Shown here piece after piece: positions 26,562-34,999 of a stretch of 64,000 nucleotides of DNA. Numbering within the stretch: the stretch's first letter is position 1; each line of letters begins with the position of its first letter. The notes beneath the pieces were generated by a model. That model saw only the letters and a program-made list of their open reading frames with translations, was not told where the DNA came from and ran no database searches. Made by a program: the position numbers and the translations under genes. This stretch comes from an uncultured Candidatus Binatia bacterium (lineage in GTDB: Bacteria > Desulfobacterota > Binatia > UBA9968 > JAJDTQ01), in NCBI GenBank assembly GCA_965215605.1, contig OZ244070.1:480001-544000 (forward strand), in the 5' to 3' direction.

Positions 26562-28889
26562 ATGAGCAAAGCCGCCAAACACCAGGTCATCGGCAAGTCC
26601 CCGCAGAGGGTGGACGGCGTCGTCAAGGCCACCGGCAAGGCCATCTACGCCATGGACCTGGAGCTTCCGGGGATGCTTCACGGAAAGGTCCTGCGCAGCC
26701 CCTTCCCGCACGCGCGGCTGGCGCGCATCGACGCCACCAAGGCGGCGGTTCTGCCGGGGGTGGCGGCGGTGCTCACCCGCGAGACCCTGGACGGCATGAA
26801 CCCCTACTTCGGATCGGCCTACAAGGACCAGACCGTCGTCGCCCTGGACAAGGTCCGCTACGACGGCGACCCGGTGGCCGCGGTGGCGGCGAACGACGAA
26901 GAGACCGCGGCCGAGGCGTTGACGCTGATCGAAACGGAATACCAGGAGCTTCCCGCCGTCACGGACATCGCCGACGCCATCGCGCCGGACGCGCCGCTGG
27001 TGCACGAGGTGGCGGCGGAGGCCGACGAGTTGCACGGCCACGCCTACCGCGTGCCCGAGGAGTTCCGGGGCACCAACATCTGTTACGCCTACGCCTACGC
27101 ACGCGGCGACGTGGACAGGGGCTTCGCCGACGCCGACGAGATCTTCGAGGACGTCTTCACCTTTCCTCAAGTCCAGCACTATCCGCTGGAGCCCCACATC
27201 ACCATCGCCCAGGTGGAGGATGGCCACGTGACCCTGTGGGCCTCGACCCAGGACCCGTTCACGCTGCAGCGCCACATCGCCGAGTTCTTCTCCATCTCCA
27301 TCAACCGGGTGCGGGTCATCGTGCCCCACGTGGGCGGCGCCTACGGCGGCAAGCTCTCGGTGAAGAACGAGCCGCTGGCGGCGGCGCTGGCCTGGAAGAC
27401 CGGCCGGCCGGTCAAGCTGACCCACACGTCGGAGGAGACCTTCCGCACCATCACCCGGCACCCCGCGCGGTTCCGCATCAAGACCGGCGTCACCTGGGAC
27501 GGGCGGCTGGTGGCGCGGGAATGCGAGGTGCACATGGGGACCGGGGCCTATGCCGACTACGGACCGCGGGTGTCCCAGAAGGCCGGCTACCGGGCACCGG
27601 GCCCGTACCGCATCCCCAACGTCAAGGTCGACGCCTTCACGGTCTACACCAACGCCGTGCCCGCGGGCGCGTTCCGGGGGTTCGGAACGCTTCAGGTCAC
27701 CTGGGCCTACGAGTCCCAGATGGACATGATCGCGCGCAGGCTCGGCATCGATCCGGTGGAGTTCCGGGTCCGGAACCTGCTGAAGAAGGGTGACGCCTTC
27801 ACCAAGGGCGACACCCCGGTGGACTGCGACCTCGAGGCGGGGCTGCGCCGCACCGCCAAGGCCCTGGGCTGGGGCAGGAAGAGCCCAGGCAAGAACCGCG
27901 GCATGGGCCTGGCCTGTTGCATGAAGGACGGCGGCGGCACCTACAAGGTGGCCTCGGCCTCCATCAAGCTCAACTCCGACGGCAGCGCGGTGCTGTTCAC
28001 CGGCACGGTGGAGATCGGCCAGGGCTGCCGCACCGCCCTGGCGCAGGTGGCCGCCGAGGAGCTGTCCCTCCCCTACGAGGCGGTGACCGTGGCCCAACTC
28101 GACACCGACTCCACCCCCTACGACGCCGCCACCAACGCCAGCAGCTCCATGGTCATCATGGGCCTGTGCGTGGAACGGGCGGCGGCGGAGTTGAAACGGC
28201 AGTTGCGCCGGGCCGCGGCCAAGCTGTTCAAGTGCAAGGCCGACAAGATCACCTTCAGGAAAGGCCGCGTCCACGCCGGCAAAGGCAAGCGCCTGAGCTA
28301 CGAGGAAGTGCTCAACCAGACCTTCGGCGCCAAGGGTGGCGAACTCCTGGCGAAGGGCGCCTACCAGGACGCGCACAGCAAGAAGGCCGTGCTGGGCTCC
28401 CCCACCACCTTCTGGGAAACGAGCTGGGGCGGCGCGGAGGTCGAGGTGGACCCGGACACGGGAGTGGTCAAGCTCCTCAAGTACATCTCCACCGCGGACG
28501 TGGGCAAGGCCATCCACCCGCTCCAGTGCGAGGGCCAGGACGAGGGCGCCGTGATGTTCGCCATCGGCCACTCGCTGATGGAGGAGATGCAGTACGACAA
28601 CGGCCACCTGCTGAACCCCAACCTCGTCGACTACCGGCTGCCGTCGTTCCGCGACATCCCCGACACCTTCAAGACCATCATGGTGGAAGAGGCCAACGGC
28701 CCGGGCCCCTACGGCGCCAAGGGCCTGGGCGAAGGCGGCCTCATGCCCGTCTCCCCCGCCATCGGCAACGCCATCGAGGACGCCGTCGGCGTGCGCGTGC
28801 GCGACCTGCCCATCACGCCGGAAAGGATGTGGCGGGCGATGCGGGAGAAGCGTGCGCAGGAACGAGTACTCGGTGGGTTGGAGGACTGA
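26562..28889 (+). CDS. Xanthine dehydrogenase family molybdopterin-binding large subunit
   Basis: KATGKAIY, LRSPFPHA, VGGAYGGK, AFRGFG, GPYGAKGLGE. Confidence 0.9.
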   Translation: MSKAAKHQVIGKSPQRVDGVVKATGKAIYAMDLELPGMLHGKVLRSPFPHARLARIDATKAAVLPGVAAVLTRETLDGMNPYFGSAYKDQTVVALDKVRYDGDPVAAVAANDEETAAEALTLIETEYQELPAVTDIADAIAPDAPLVHEVAAEADELHGHAYRVPEEFRGTNICYAYAYARGDVDRGFADADEIFEDVFTFPQVQHYPLEPHITIAQVEDGHVTLWASTQDPFTLQRHIAEFFSISINRVRVIVPHVGGAYGGKLSVKNEPLAAALAWKTGRPVKLTHTSEETFRTITRHPARFRIKTGVTWDGRLVARECEVHMGTGAYADYGPRVSQKAGYRAPGPYRIPNVKVDAFTVYTNAVPAGAFRGFGTLQVTWAYESQMDMIARRLGIDPVEFRVRNLLKKGDAFTKGDTPVDCDLEAGLRRTAKALGWGRKSPGKNRGMGLACCMKDGGGTYKVASASIKLNSDGSAVLFTGTVEIGQGCRTALAQVAAEELSLPYEAVTVAQLDTDSTPYDAATNASSSMVIMGLCVERAAAELKRQLRRAAAKLFKCKADKITFRKGRVHAGKGKRLSYEEVLNQTFGAKGGELLAKGAYQDAHSKKAVLGSPTTFWETSWGGAEVEVDPDTGVVKLLKYISTADVGKAIHPLQCEGQDEGAVMFAIGHSLMEEMQYDNGHLLNPNLVDYRLPSFRDIPDTFKTIMVEEANGPGPYGAKGLGEGGLMPVSPAIGNAIEDAVGVRVRDLPITPERMWRAMREKRAQERVLGGLED

Positions 28890-28907
28890 TCGCTTCCGCT
28901 CGGTGGC

Positions 28908-30233
28908 ATGAGTCCCGGGGTGGAGAACACGCGGCCGTCGGGGGCTGGCTCCCGTCAGGGTGCCGCGCGGAACAGGGGAATCGGGATAAAGTCTTCTGGT
29001 CTCTTGTTCGTCCTGTTGGTCCTGCTCGCGCAAGGCGGGGCATTCGCCCGGACAAGCCTCGTCCTCGAAAGCTGGAGAGAGGACGACCGCACCATCTGGG
29101 AGGAGAAGTTGATACCGGCCTTCGAGGCATCTCACCCGGAAATAGCGGTGCGGTTCAGGCCGACGGCGCCCGCCGACTATGATGCGGCCTTGAACGCCCG
29201 GCTTGCGGCGGGCGCCGCGGGCGACCTGATCACGTGTCGTCCGTTCGACGCGTCCTTGGCCCTGTACGAAGCCGGACGCCTCGCCGACCTCGACGATCTG
29301 CCTGGTTTGGCCGGTTTCTCGAGTGCGGCAAAATCAGCCTGGCAGACGGATGACGGGTCGGCGACCTTCTGCGTGCCGGTGGCATCCGTGATCCACGGGT
29401 TTCTCTACAACCGGGACGCGTTCGGTAAACTCGGTCTCGATCCACCTGAAACGGAAGCGGTGTTTTTCGCGGTCCTTGAAAGAATCCGGGAAGACGGCGC
29501 CTGGGTCCCGATGGCCATGGGCGTCCGCGACCGATGGGAAGCCGCGACCATGGGCTACAACAATATCGGACCGACCTACTGGAAGGGCGAGGAAGGCCGT
29601 CGCGCCCTGGTCGCCGGCCGGCAGAAGCTGACCGACGAGCCCTGGGTTGCCCCCTACCGGACTCTGGCCCGGTGGCGCCGTTACCTGGGAGACGGGTATG
29701 AGACGCGCAGCTACCGGGACAGCCAGGACCTCTTCACCCGAGGCCGCGCGGTTGTCTATCCCGCCGGGAGTTGGGAGATCGCCGGCTTCCGCTCTCGCGC
29801 CGGGTTCGGCATTGGCGCTTTCAGGCCGCCCGTGTGGGAGGCCGGTGACGACTGTCATATTTCCGACCACATCGACACCGCCATCGGTCTGAACGCTGCC
29901 AGCCCGAATGCGGATGCGGCGCGAGCCTTCCTGAACTGGGTCAGCTCGGCCGAGTTCGCTTCGCTCTACGCCAATGCGCTGCCTGGATTCTACCCGCTGT
30001 CGGATCATCCCGTGAAGATAGAGGACCCGCTGGCCCGCACGTTTCTGTCTTGGCGTAGCGATTGCCGTTCGACCATCCGTTCCACGTCCCGGTTCCTGTC
30101 GCGGGGTACGCCGAATCTGGAACAGGAGACCTGGGATGCATCGGTGGAAGCGATCACCGGGGCGGCGACCGCCGAAGAGCTCGGCGCCCGGTTGCAGAAA
30201 GGGCTCGCAAGCTGGTACGCGCCGCAGCGATGA
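28908..30233 (+). CDS. ABC transporter sugar-type substrate-binding protein
   Basis: Signal-like hydrophobic segment, ESWREDD, GDLITCRPFD, HGFLYN, YPAGSWEI; exact start uncertain. Confidence 0.8.
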   Translation: MSPGVENTRPSGAGSRQGAARNRGIGIKSSGLLFVLLVLLAQGGAFARTSLVLESWREDDRTIWEEKLIPAFEASHPEIAVRFRPTAPADYDAALNARLAAGAAGDLITCRPFDASLALYEAGRLADLDDLPGLAGFSSAAKSAWQTDDGSATFCVPVASVIHGFLYNRDAFGKLGLDPPETEAVFFAVLERIREDGAWVPMAMGVRDRWEAATMGYNNIGPTYWKGEEGRRALVAGRQKLTDEPWVAPYRTLARWRRYLGDGYETRSYRDSQDLFTRGRAVVYPAGSWEIAGFRSRAGFGIGAFRPPVWEAGDDCHISDHIDTAIGLNAASPNADAARAFLNWVSSAEFASLYANALPGFYPLSDHPVKIEDPLARTFLSWRSDCRSTIRSTSRFLSRGTPNLEQETWDASVEAITGAATAEELGARLQKGLASWYAPQR

Positions 30234-30379
30234 ACGAGAGTTGAGGGGGAGAGTTGAGGAGAAACGCGGTGACGCGACCGCCGTGCGTTGGGGCGTGAGA
30301 AACATCCGCAATCCGGGCCACTAGGCGAGAAAGTGCCATGATCTCAATCCCACGCCCGGATAGTCTCCTTCCGCAACAC

Positions 30380-31756
30380 CTAGACGGGTAGCCGTCCCGC
30401 CCGGCCGACCAAACCATCGATCTCGTCCGCGACACGCTCCAGCGCTTCAGTCTCCTCCTGCTCGACCTCTTCCCACAGTTTCAGGGACCTGTCCAACAGC
30501 GTCCATTTGAGGGCATGAAAACTGTTCCATGTAAGCCCAAGCCACGCCGCGTAATTCAGATTGAGGATGTCGTTGGTGATGTAGACCCTGCCCCCATTCA
30601 CTGCTGCCACCGTTCCATAGGCCATAGCGAGCATCATCCTGAATCGGGGGTTCATCTTCATCGGCACTGTGTCGATCAGGGCTTCTCCCAGCGGCGATCC
30701 CGTGAGTTTCACCTGTTTGACGGCGTAGAAGGCGCGCATCATTACTTCCATGATCAGTATCGGAATGCTGGTCACAACGAAATGACGGAAATCGTACCCT
30801 TTGACGTACATGTACTCGATCTGCTTGCCCAGGTCGGAGTCTCCCACCGGGAGGCTGTCAAGCATCCGAAGGACGTCCATGAAGGGAGCGGGTAGCCCCA
30901 TGCCCTTGTTGTCGTTTGCCGAAGGGGCATTGACGTCCGACAGAAGGTGCCCGAACATGCGGCCAAGCAGTGGAAACAAGCCGCCGTCCATAGGTTTCAT
31001 AGTAGTCGGATAAATCTTGAGGCCGCCGTTAACGACTACCGTGCATGTGCCGCGCCGCATGTCCAGAACGCCGAACAAGAACCCTAGTATTGGATCGTGG
31101 GACAACGACAGCAGCCGATGGTTCTGGGGGTTCAACGTTCGCGGCGGCGCCCCTAGCAACTTAGCCACAGTGCTGGAGTCTGCACCGCCAATCTTGTTCA
31201 ACCTGCCGAGTTCCTCGCTCACGTCGGGTGGTACCAGACGGCCGAACACCTCCTGTACCCCTCTGTTGAATATGCCGTCCACCTCCTCCGTCCACTTGGT
31301 GGTCGGCTTGGCAGGAGCCCTCACCAACAGCAGGTCAAGCATCGCCGCGAACACGCCACACCCCCCGGCGATGGCGTAGTCCCAACCATCAAGGGCGTAA
31401 CGGGCGTTGAAGTTCTTGATGTGGGCCGCGACCCGCTTATCCACGACCGCCCAATCGTTGACAGTCAGCATATCGTCCAGGTTGGCGTCTCCTGGGAACT
31501 CCGCCTCCGCCTCTTTGTAGATAGCCTCCAAGTCAACGTCCGGGAGTTCCTTGTGCCCACTCATCGCGTCCAGGTGAGACCGCTTACTCTTCTCAAAATC
31601 CGGCGTTGACTTGTCGACATCGCCTAATTCCTCCAGTTGCTCTTTGATGGCGCGAATGTCCCCGTCGATATCGTCATGAACTCCCTCGATGGTATCGGAC
31701 CGCCGTTGCAGATGTCGGATGGCTTTGATGTTCCGCTGTTCGCCCTTGCCGGTCAT
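30380..31756 (-). CDS. Hypothetical protein (N-terminal coiled coil, hydrophobic helices)
   Basis: 458-aa ORF in a visibly lower-GC islet; NHRLLSLSHDP and GYDFRHF segments; 23 bp from the upstream gene. Confidence 0.7.
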   Translation of the reverse strand: MTGKGEQRNIKAIRHLQRRSDTIEGVHDDIDGDIRAIKEQLEELGDVDKSTPDFEKSKRSHLDAMSGHKELPDVDLEAIYKEAEAEFPGDANLDDMLTVNDWAVVDKRVAAHIKNFNARYALDGWDYAIAGGCGVFAAMLDLLLVRAPAKPTTKWTEEVDGIFNRGVQEVFGRLVPPDVSEELGRLNKIGGADSSTVAKLLGAPPRTLNPQNHRLLSLSHDPILGFLFGVLDMRRGTCTVVVNGGLKIYPTTMKPMDGGLFPLLGRMFGHLLSDVNAPSANDNKGMGLPAPFMDVLRMLDSLPVGDSDLGKQIEYMYVKGYDFRHFVVTSIPILIMEVMMRAFYAVKQVKLTGSPLGEALIDTVPMKMNPRFRMMLAMAYGTVAAVNGGRVYITNDILNLNYAAWLGLTWNSFHALKWTLLDRSLKLWEEVEQEETEALERVADEIDGLVGRAGRLPV

Positions 31757-31779
31757 AACGATATACCCTTGCAGTTGTC

Positions 31780-32259
31780 CTACGGCTTTTGGCGGGTAAG
31801 TTGATCGATGTAAGCTTTGATCTCGGCCAACTCCTCGCGGAAGTGCTCGGCGTTCGCAATGAGTCGTTCTTGGATTTGGTAGAGCTTCTCGATGGCTCTG
31901 CCCAACGCTGCCGCCAGTTTCGCGTTTCTCCGCTTCTTGGCGATGGCGTAGCCTGCAACCCCAAAGATGGCCACCGGCGCTGCCAGGACGGACACTCCGG
32001 CCGCCATTCCACCACCGACCAAAGCGCCTGCTGTCGCCAACCCGGAGGTCAGCCCGGCGGCCGACAGGCCCGCCACGGATCCCCCGAAGTAGAGGGCGGT
32101 GAACGATGCCGCGCCACCCAGTGTGCTGCCTACTGCCGCAGCCGCCGCATCGACCACCTTTGGGTGATCGCGGCCGAGCTTATCCATCGCCTCCTTTAGT
32201 GCTTTGTGTGCTTCGTCCTTCATCCGCTGGACTTCTTCGGGCCTAAGATCGTCTCCCAT
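31780..32259 (-). CDS. Hypothetical glycine-zipper membrane protein with C-terminal coiled coil
   Basis: GLSAAGLTSGLATAGALVGGGMAAG hydrophobic zipper; GAGGG RBS. Confidence 0.7.
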   Translation of the reverse strand: MGDDLRPEEVQRMKDEAHKALKEAMDKLGRDHPKVVDAAAAAVGSTLGGAASFTALYFGGSVAGLSAAGLTSGLATAGALVGGGMAAGVSVLAAPVAIFGVAGYAIAKKRRNAKLAAALGRAIEKLYQIQERLIANAEHFREELAEIKAYIDQLTRQKP

Positions 32260-32282
32260 AATGATATTCCCTCGTTGAAAGA

Positions 32283-32432
32283 GTGGCGTTCGACGTTGCG
32301 CGCAATTTTCGCGTGCTAATACGCGGTATTGGTCTTCGGCAAACGACTACCTCGCCTGCACGAATGCCCGTGCCAGAAACACCCGTGGACGAAGATGACA
32401 TTCCGGCTCGGACCAAACACAATGTCCGGGGT
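32283..32432 (-). pseudogene. vsr: Very-short-patch repair endonuclease (Vsr) internal fragment with nonsense mutation
   Basis: Manual translation TPDIVFGPSRNVIFVHGCFWHGHSCRRGSRLPKTNTAY*HAKIARNVERH. Contains the Vsr hallmark FVHGCFWHGH; TAG at 32316-32318 replaces a conserved Trp. Confidence 0.8.
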
Positions 32433-32591
32433 CTCCTATTCCGCGTGCCGGAACACTATCGCTTTTTCTTACATTAAATCAACTTATTAGGGACACTCTC
32501 CATCCAGAGTGCAGGGGCTGTTCAAGGCCCAGGTGCCATTTGGGCACCAATTCATTTCCGGGGCATGCGCACAAACAGAAAATCCCTCATC

Positions 32592-32620
32592 TTGAGATAT
32601 GATAGGTGAGTGGTTACACT
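32592..32620 (+). promoter_or_regulatory. Sigma-70 promoter of higBA, probably leaderless
   Basis: TTGAGA-17 bp-TACACT with the ATG only 6 nt downstream; no SD in between. Confidence 0.5.
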
Positions 32621-32626
32621 TGACAG

Positions 32627-32905
32627 ATGATACGAAGCTTCCGCCACAAGGGTCTCAAGCTCCTGTTCGAGAAGGGAGACCGGCGGAAGGTACAATCGGG
32701 CCATGCAGACAAGATCGGACGCATACTCGCGCGCCTCGAAGAGGCGTCGGAGATCGGCAACATGGACCTGCCGGGCTTCCGGCCGCACCCCCTCAAGGGC
32801 GATCTTGCAGGTTTCTGGTCGGTCACGGTGTCGGGCAATTGGCGTGTAATCTTTCGCTTTGAAGGCGGCCACGCCGGCGACGTGGACCTGGTCGATTACC
32901 ACTAG
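32627..32905 (+). CDS. higB: HigB toxin (RelE/ParE family)
   Basis: MIRSFRHKGL, HPLKGDLAGFWSVTVSGNWRVIFRF, DYH C-terminus. Confidence 0.9.
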   Translation: MIRSFRHKGLKLLFEKGDRRKVQSGHADKIGRILARLEEASEIGNMDLPGFRPHPLKGDLAGFWSVTVSGNWRVIFRFEGGHAGDVDLVDYH

Positions 32906-32917
32906 GAGGAATATGCC

Positions 32918-33213
32918 ATGGCGATGAAGAATCCGCCGCATCCAGGGCTTTCGGTGCGGCACGATTGCCTGGAGCCCTTGGGGCTGAACGTCACGGAAGC
33001 GGCCAAGCGCTTGGGCGTCAGCCGCAAGCAGCTTTCCGACATCGTGAACTGTCACGCGGGCATCTCGCCTGAAATGGCAATCGCCTTCGGCTCGACAAGG
33101 CCTTCGGAGGCGGCCCGGACACGTGGCTGCGACTCCAAGCTGCCTACGACCTGGCCCAAGCGATGAAGCATGTCGATGAAATCAAGGTCGAACGGCTGTC
33201 ACCCGCGGCCTGA
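32918..33213 (+). pseudogene. higA: HigA antitoxin (HTH), frameshifted
   Basis: NPPHPG...ISPEMAI. The conserved [22 protein letters not shown] continues in another frame to TGA 33211-33213; removing GCCTT (33083-33087) restores the frame. Confidence 0.8.
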
Positions 33214-33238
33214 GGAGCCGGGGCCAGCAGCGGCCGGG

Positions 33239-33988
33239 TCAGCCGGCGATCTTGAGGACCAGGGCTTTCGGCCCGGCGCCGTGCCGGGCATAGGAGCCGA
33301 GCGGCGTGTTGTGAACCTGGAAGCCTGCCTCCTCCAGGTGGGCGGCGGTTTCCGGGCAACCTTCCGGCAGGATCGCGTTCCGGCCGGTGACCAGCGCGTT
33401 GCATCCCAGGCGCGTCGCATCATGCGCATCAACGGGATGGAGACGAGGCACTTGGTCGTGGAGCGCCTTGCGTGCGCTCGGGTCGAAGGCGTCCGGATGG
33501 AACAGCGCGCTGCCTTGGCCCAGCGGGCACAGGCAAGTGTCGAGGGGCCGGTCCCAGGCGTCGGACAGGCGAAGGGAGCGGATCTCGGCGCCAAGGACCC
33601 TGGCGACGGCTGCGTGGAGGGCCAGGTCGTCGTCGGACCGATACCCCGCGAACATGGTCCCGTTCACGACCACCAGGTCCCGCTCGCCTTCGAAGCAACA
33701 GTCTTCCGAGAGCCTCGGCGTAGCGTAGCCCCGCACCAGAAAGAAGTTCTCCCACGCTTCGGCTTCGGGCCGCCTCGAGTCTTCCCGAAACCGGCTTGCG
33801 ATGAAGGAGTCCTGCCAGACGAATCCGCCGCTCCCGGCCAGCACGAGCCTGGGCATATCGGGCTTGGGCTCCAGCAGGTCCACCTGCACATCCAGATCCT
33901 CGCGCAGAAGCCGGTAGAGGCCGCGCCACTCGGCCATGACGGCGGGCGCGGGCTCATAGTGGAGCGGCGGGCACATCAGGACCTTCAT
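33239..33988 (-). CDS. Amidinotransferase / dimethylargininase superfamily protein (catalytic residues degenerate)
   Basis: LMCPP, FEGERD, LDTCLCPL, LGCNA. Confidence 0.75.
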   Translation of the reverse strand: MKVLMCPPLHYEPAPAVMAEWRGLYRLLREDLDVQVDLLEPKPDMPRLVLAGSGGFVWQDSFIASRFREDSRRPEAEAWENFFLVRGYATPRLSEDCCFEGERDLVVVNGTMFAGYRSDDDLALHAAVARVLGAEIRSLRLSDAWDRPLDTCLCPLGQGSALFHPDAFDPSARKALHDQVPRLHPVDAHDATRLGCNALVTGRNAILPEGCPETAAHLEEAGFQVHNTPLGSYARHGAGPKALVLKIAG

Positions 33989-34009
33989 TGGCGCCTCTCC
34001 ACCCTCCCC

Positions 34010-34990
34010 TTAGCGGCCGCTGTCCGGAAACAGTCCGGCGACATTCTCCCCCAACAGCTTGCGCTTGGCGGCGGCGCTTGCCCTGACCGCCTTCACGATG
34101 GACACCGCGTCGCCCAGCCGGTCGATGGTGGGAAAGTCGCTGCCCATGAGGACTTGGTCTTCGCCCACCATGTCCATGGCGAAACGGATTTCCCCGGGAC
34201 GCCAGAACGGCGGCGCGGTGTCGATGAAGATGCGGTCCCGGAACTTGTCGAAGTAGCCCTGCTCGCGCTTGTCCCAGAAGGATGGGTTGAGCCGATTCCG
34301 CAGCGCGAACCAGGCGCCGCCCAGGTGGGTGAAGACGAAGCGCAGCTTCGGGAACTTCTCCAGCGTGCCGCTCAGCATGAGGCGCACGATGTTGATGGTG
34401 TTGTCCATGGCGCGGCCGAGGTTGCGGGTGAGGTTGAACTGCTCCATGCCGTGGGGGTGGGCCAGCGGCAGTTCCGAGGATGGGTGCACGAAGATCGGGA
34501 TGTCCAGGTCCGAGACCAGCCGGTAGAACGGATGGTAGCGCTTGTCGTCCAGCAGCGCGCCGCGAATATGCGTGTTGATGCCCACGCCGCGGAAGCCCAG
34601 CTTTTGCACCGCGCGCTTGAGCTCCCGGCGGCCGCCGGCCTCCAGGGCGGGCACGTGGGCCAGCGGGATGATGCGGCCGGGGAAACGCTCGGCGACCTTG
34701 GCCATCTCGTCGTTGATGAAGCGCGCCGCCGGGACGTCGATCCAGTCCACCCAACAGCCCACGTGGAGCACGGCCCGGTCGATCCCCACCCGGTCCATCT
34801 CGTCCATCTGCGCGGCCATGTCCGCGGTCATGGCGGGCGGGCCGAAGAGCTGCACCCCGTCCCGGCGGATGGCGAGTCGGTCCGGCCGCCGCACGACGGT
34901 CTCTCCGGCGCGGATCAGAGGTTTCGGGTTCCGGTAGTGCTCCTCCGGCATCCAGTGGTGGTGCGCGTCGATGATCAGCGTCTTCGGCAT
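34010..34990 (-). CDS. Amidohydrolase-2 family protein
   Basis: IIDAHHH, IFVHP, THLGG, MGSDFP. Confidence 0.85.
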   Translation of the reverse strand: MPKTLIIDAHHHWMPEEHYRNPKPLIRAGETVVRRPDRLAIRRDGVQLFGPPAMTADMAAQMDEMDRVGIDRAVLHVGCWVDWIDVPAARFINDEMAKVAERFPGRIIPLAHVPALEAGGRRELKRAVQKLGFRGVGINTHIRGALLDDKRYHPFYRLVSDLDIPIFVHPSSELPLAHPHGMEQFNLTRNLGRAMDNTINIVRLMLSGTLEKFPKLRFVFTHLGGAWFALRNRLNPSFWDKREQGYFDKFRDRIFIDTAPPFWRPGEIRFAMDMVGEDQVLMGSDFPTIDRLGDAVSIVKAVRASAAAKRKLLGENVAGLFPDSGR

Positions 34991-34999
34991 GGGGTCTCC

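Noticed and set aside
30236-30259. Short direct repeat GAGAGTTGAGG x2 at the islet edge as a possible att site
   Set aside because: The copies are adjacent, with no matching copy seen at the other islet end and no integrase.
32283-32477. 64-aa plus-strand ORF
   Set aside because: Antisense shadow of the vsr fragment.
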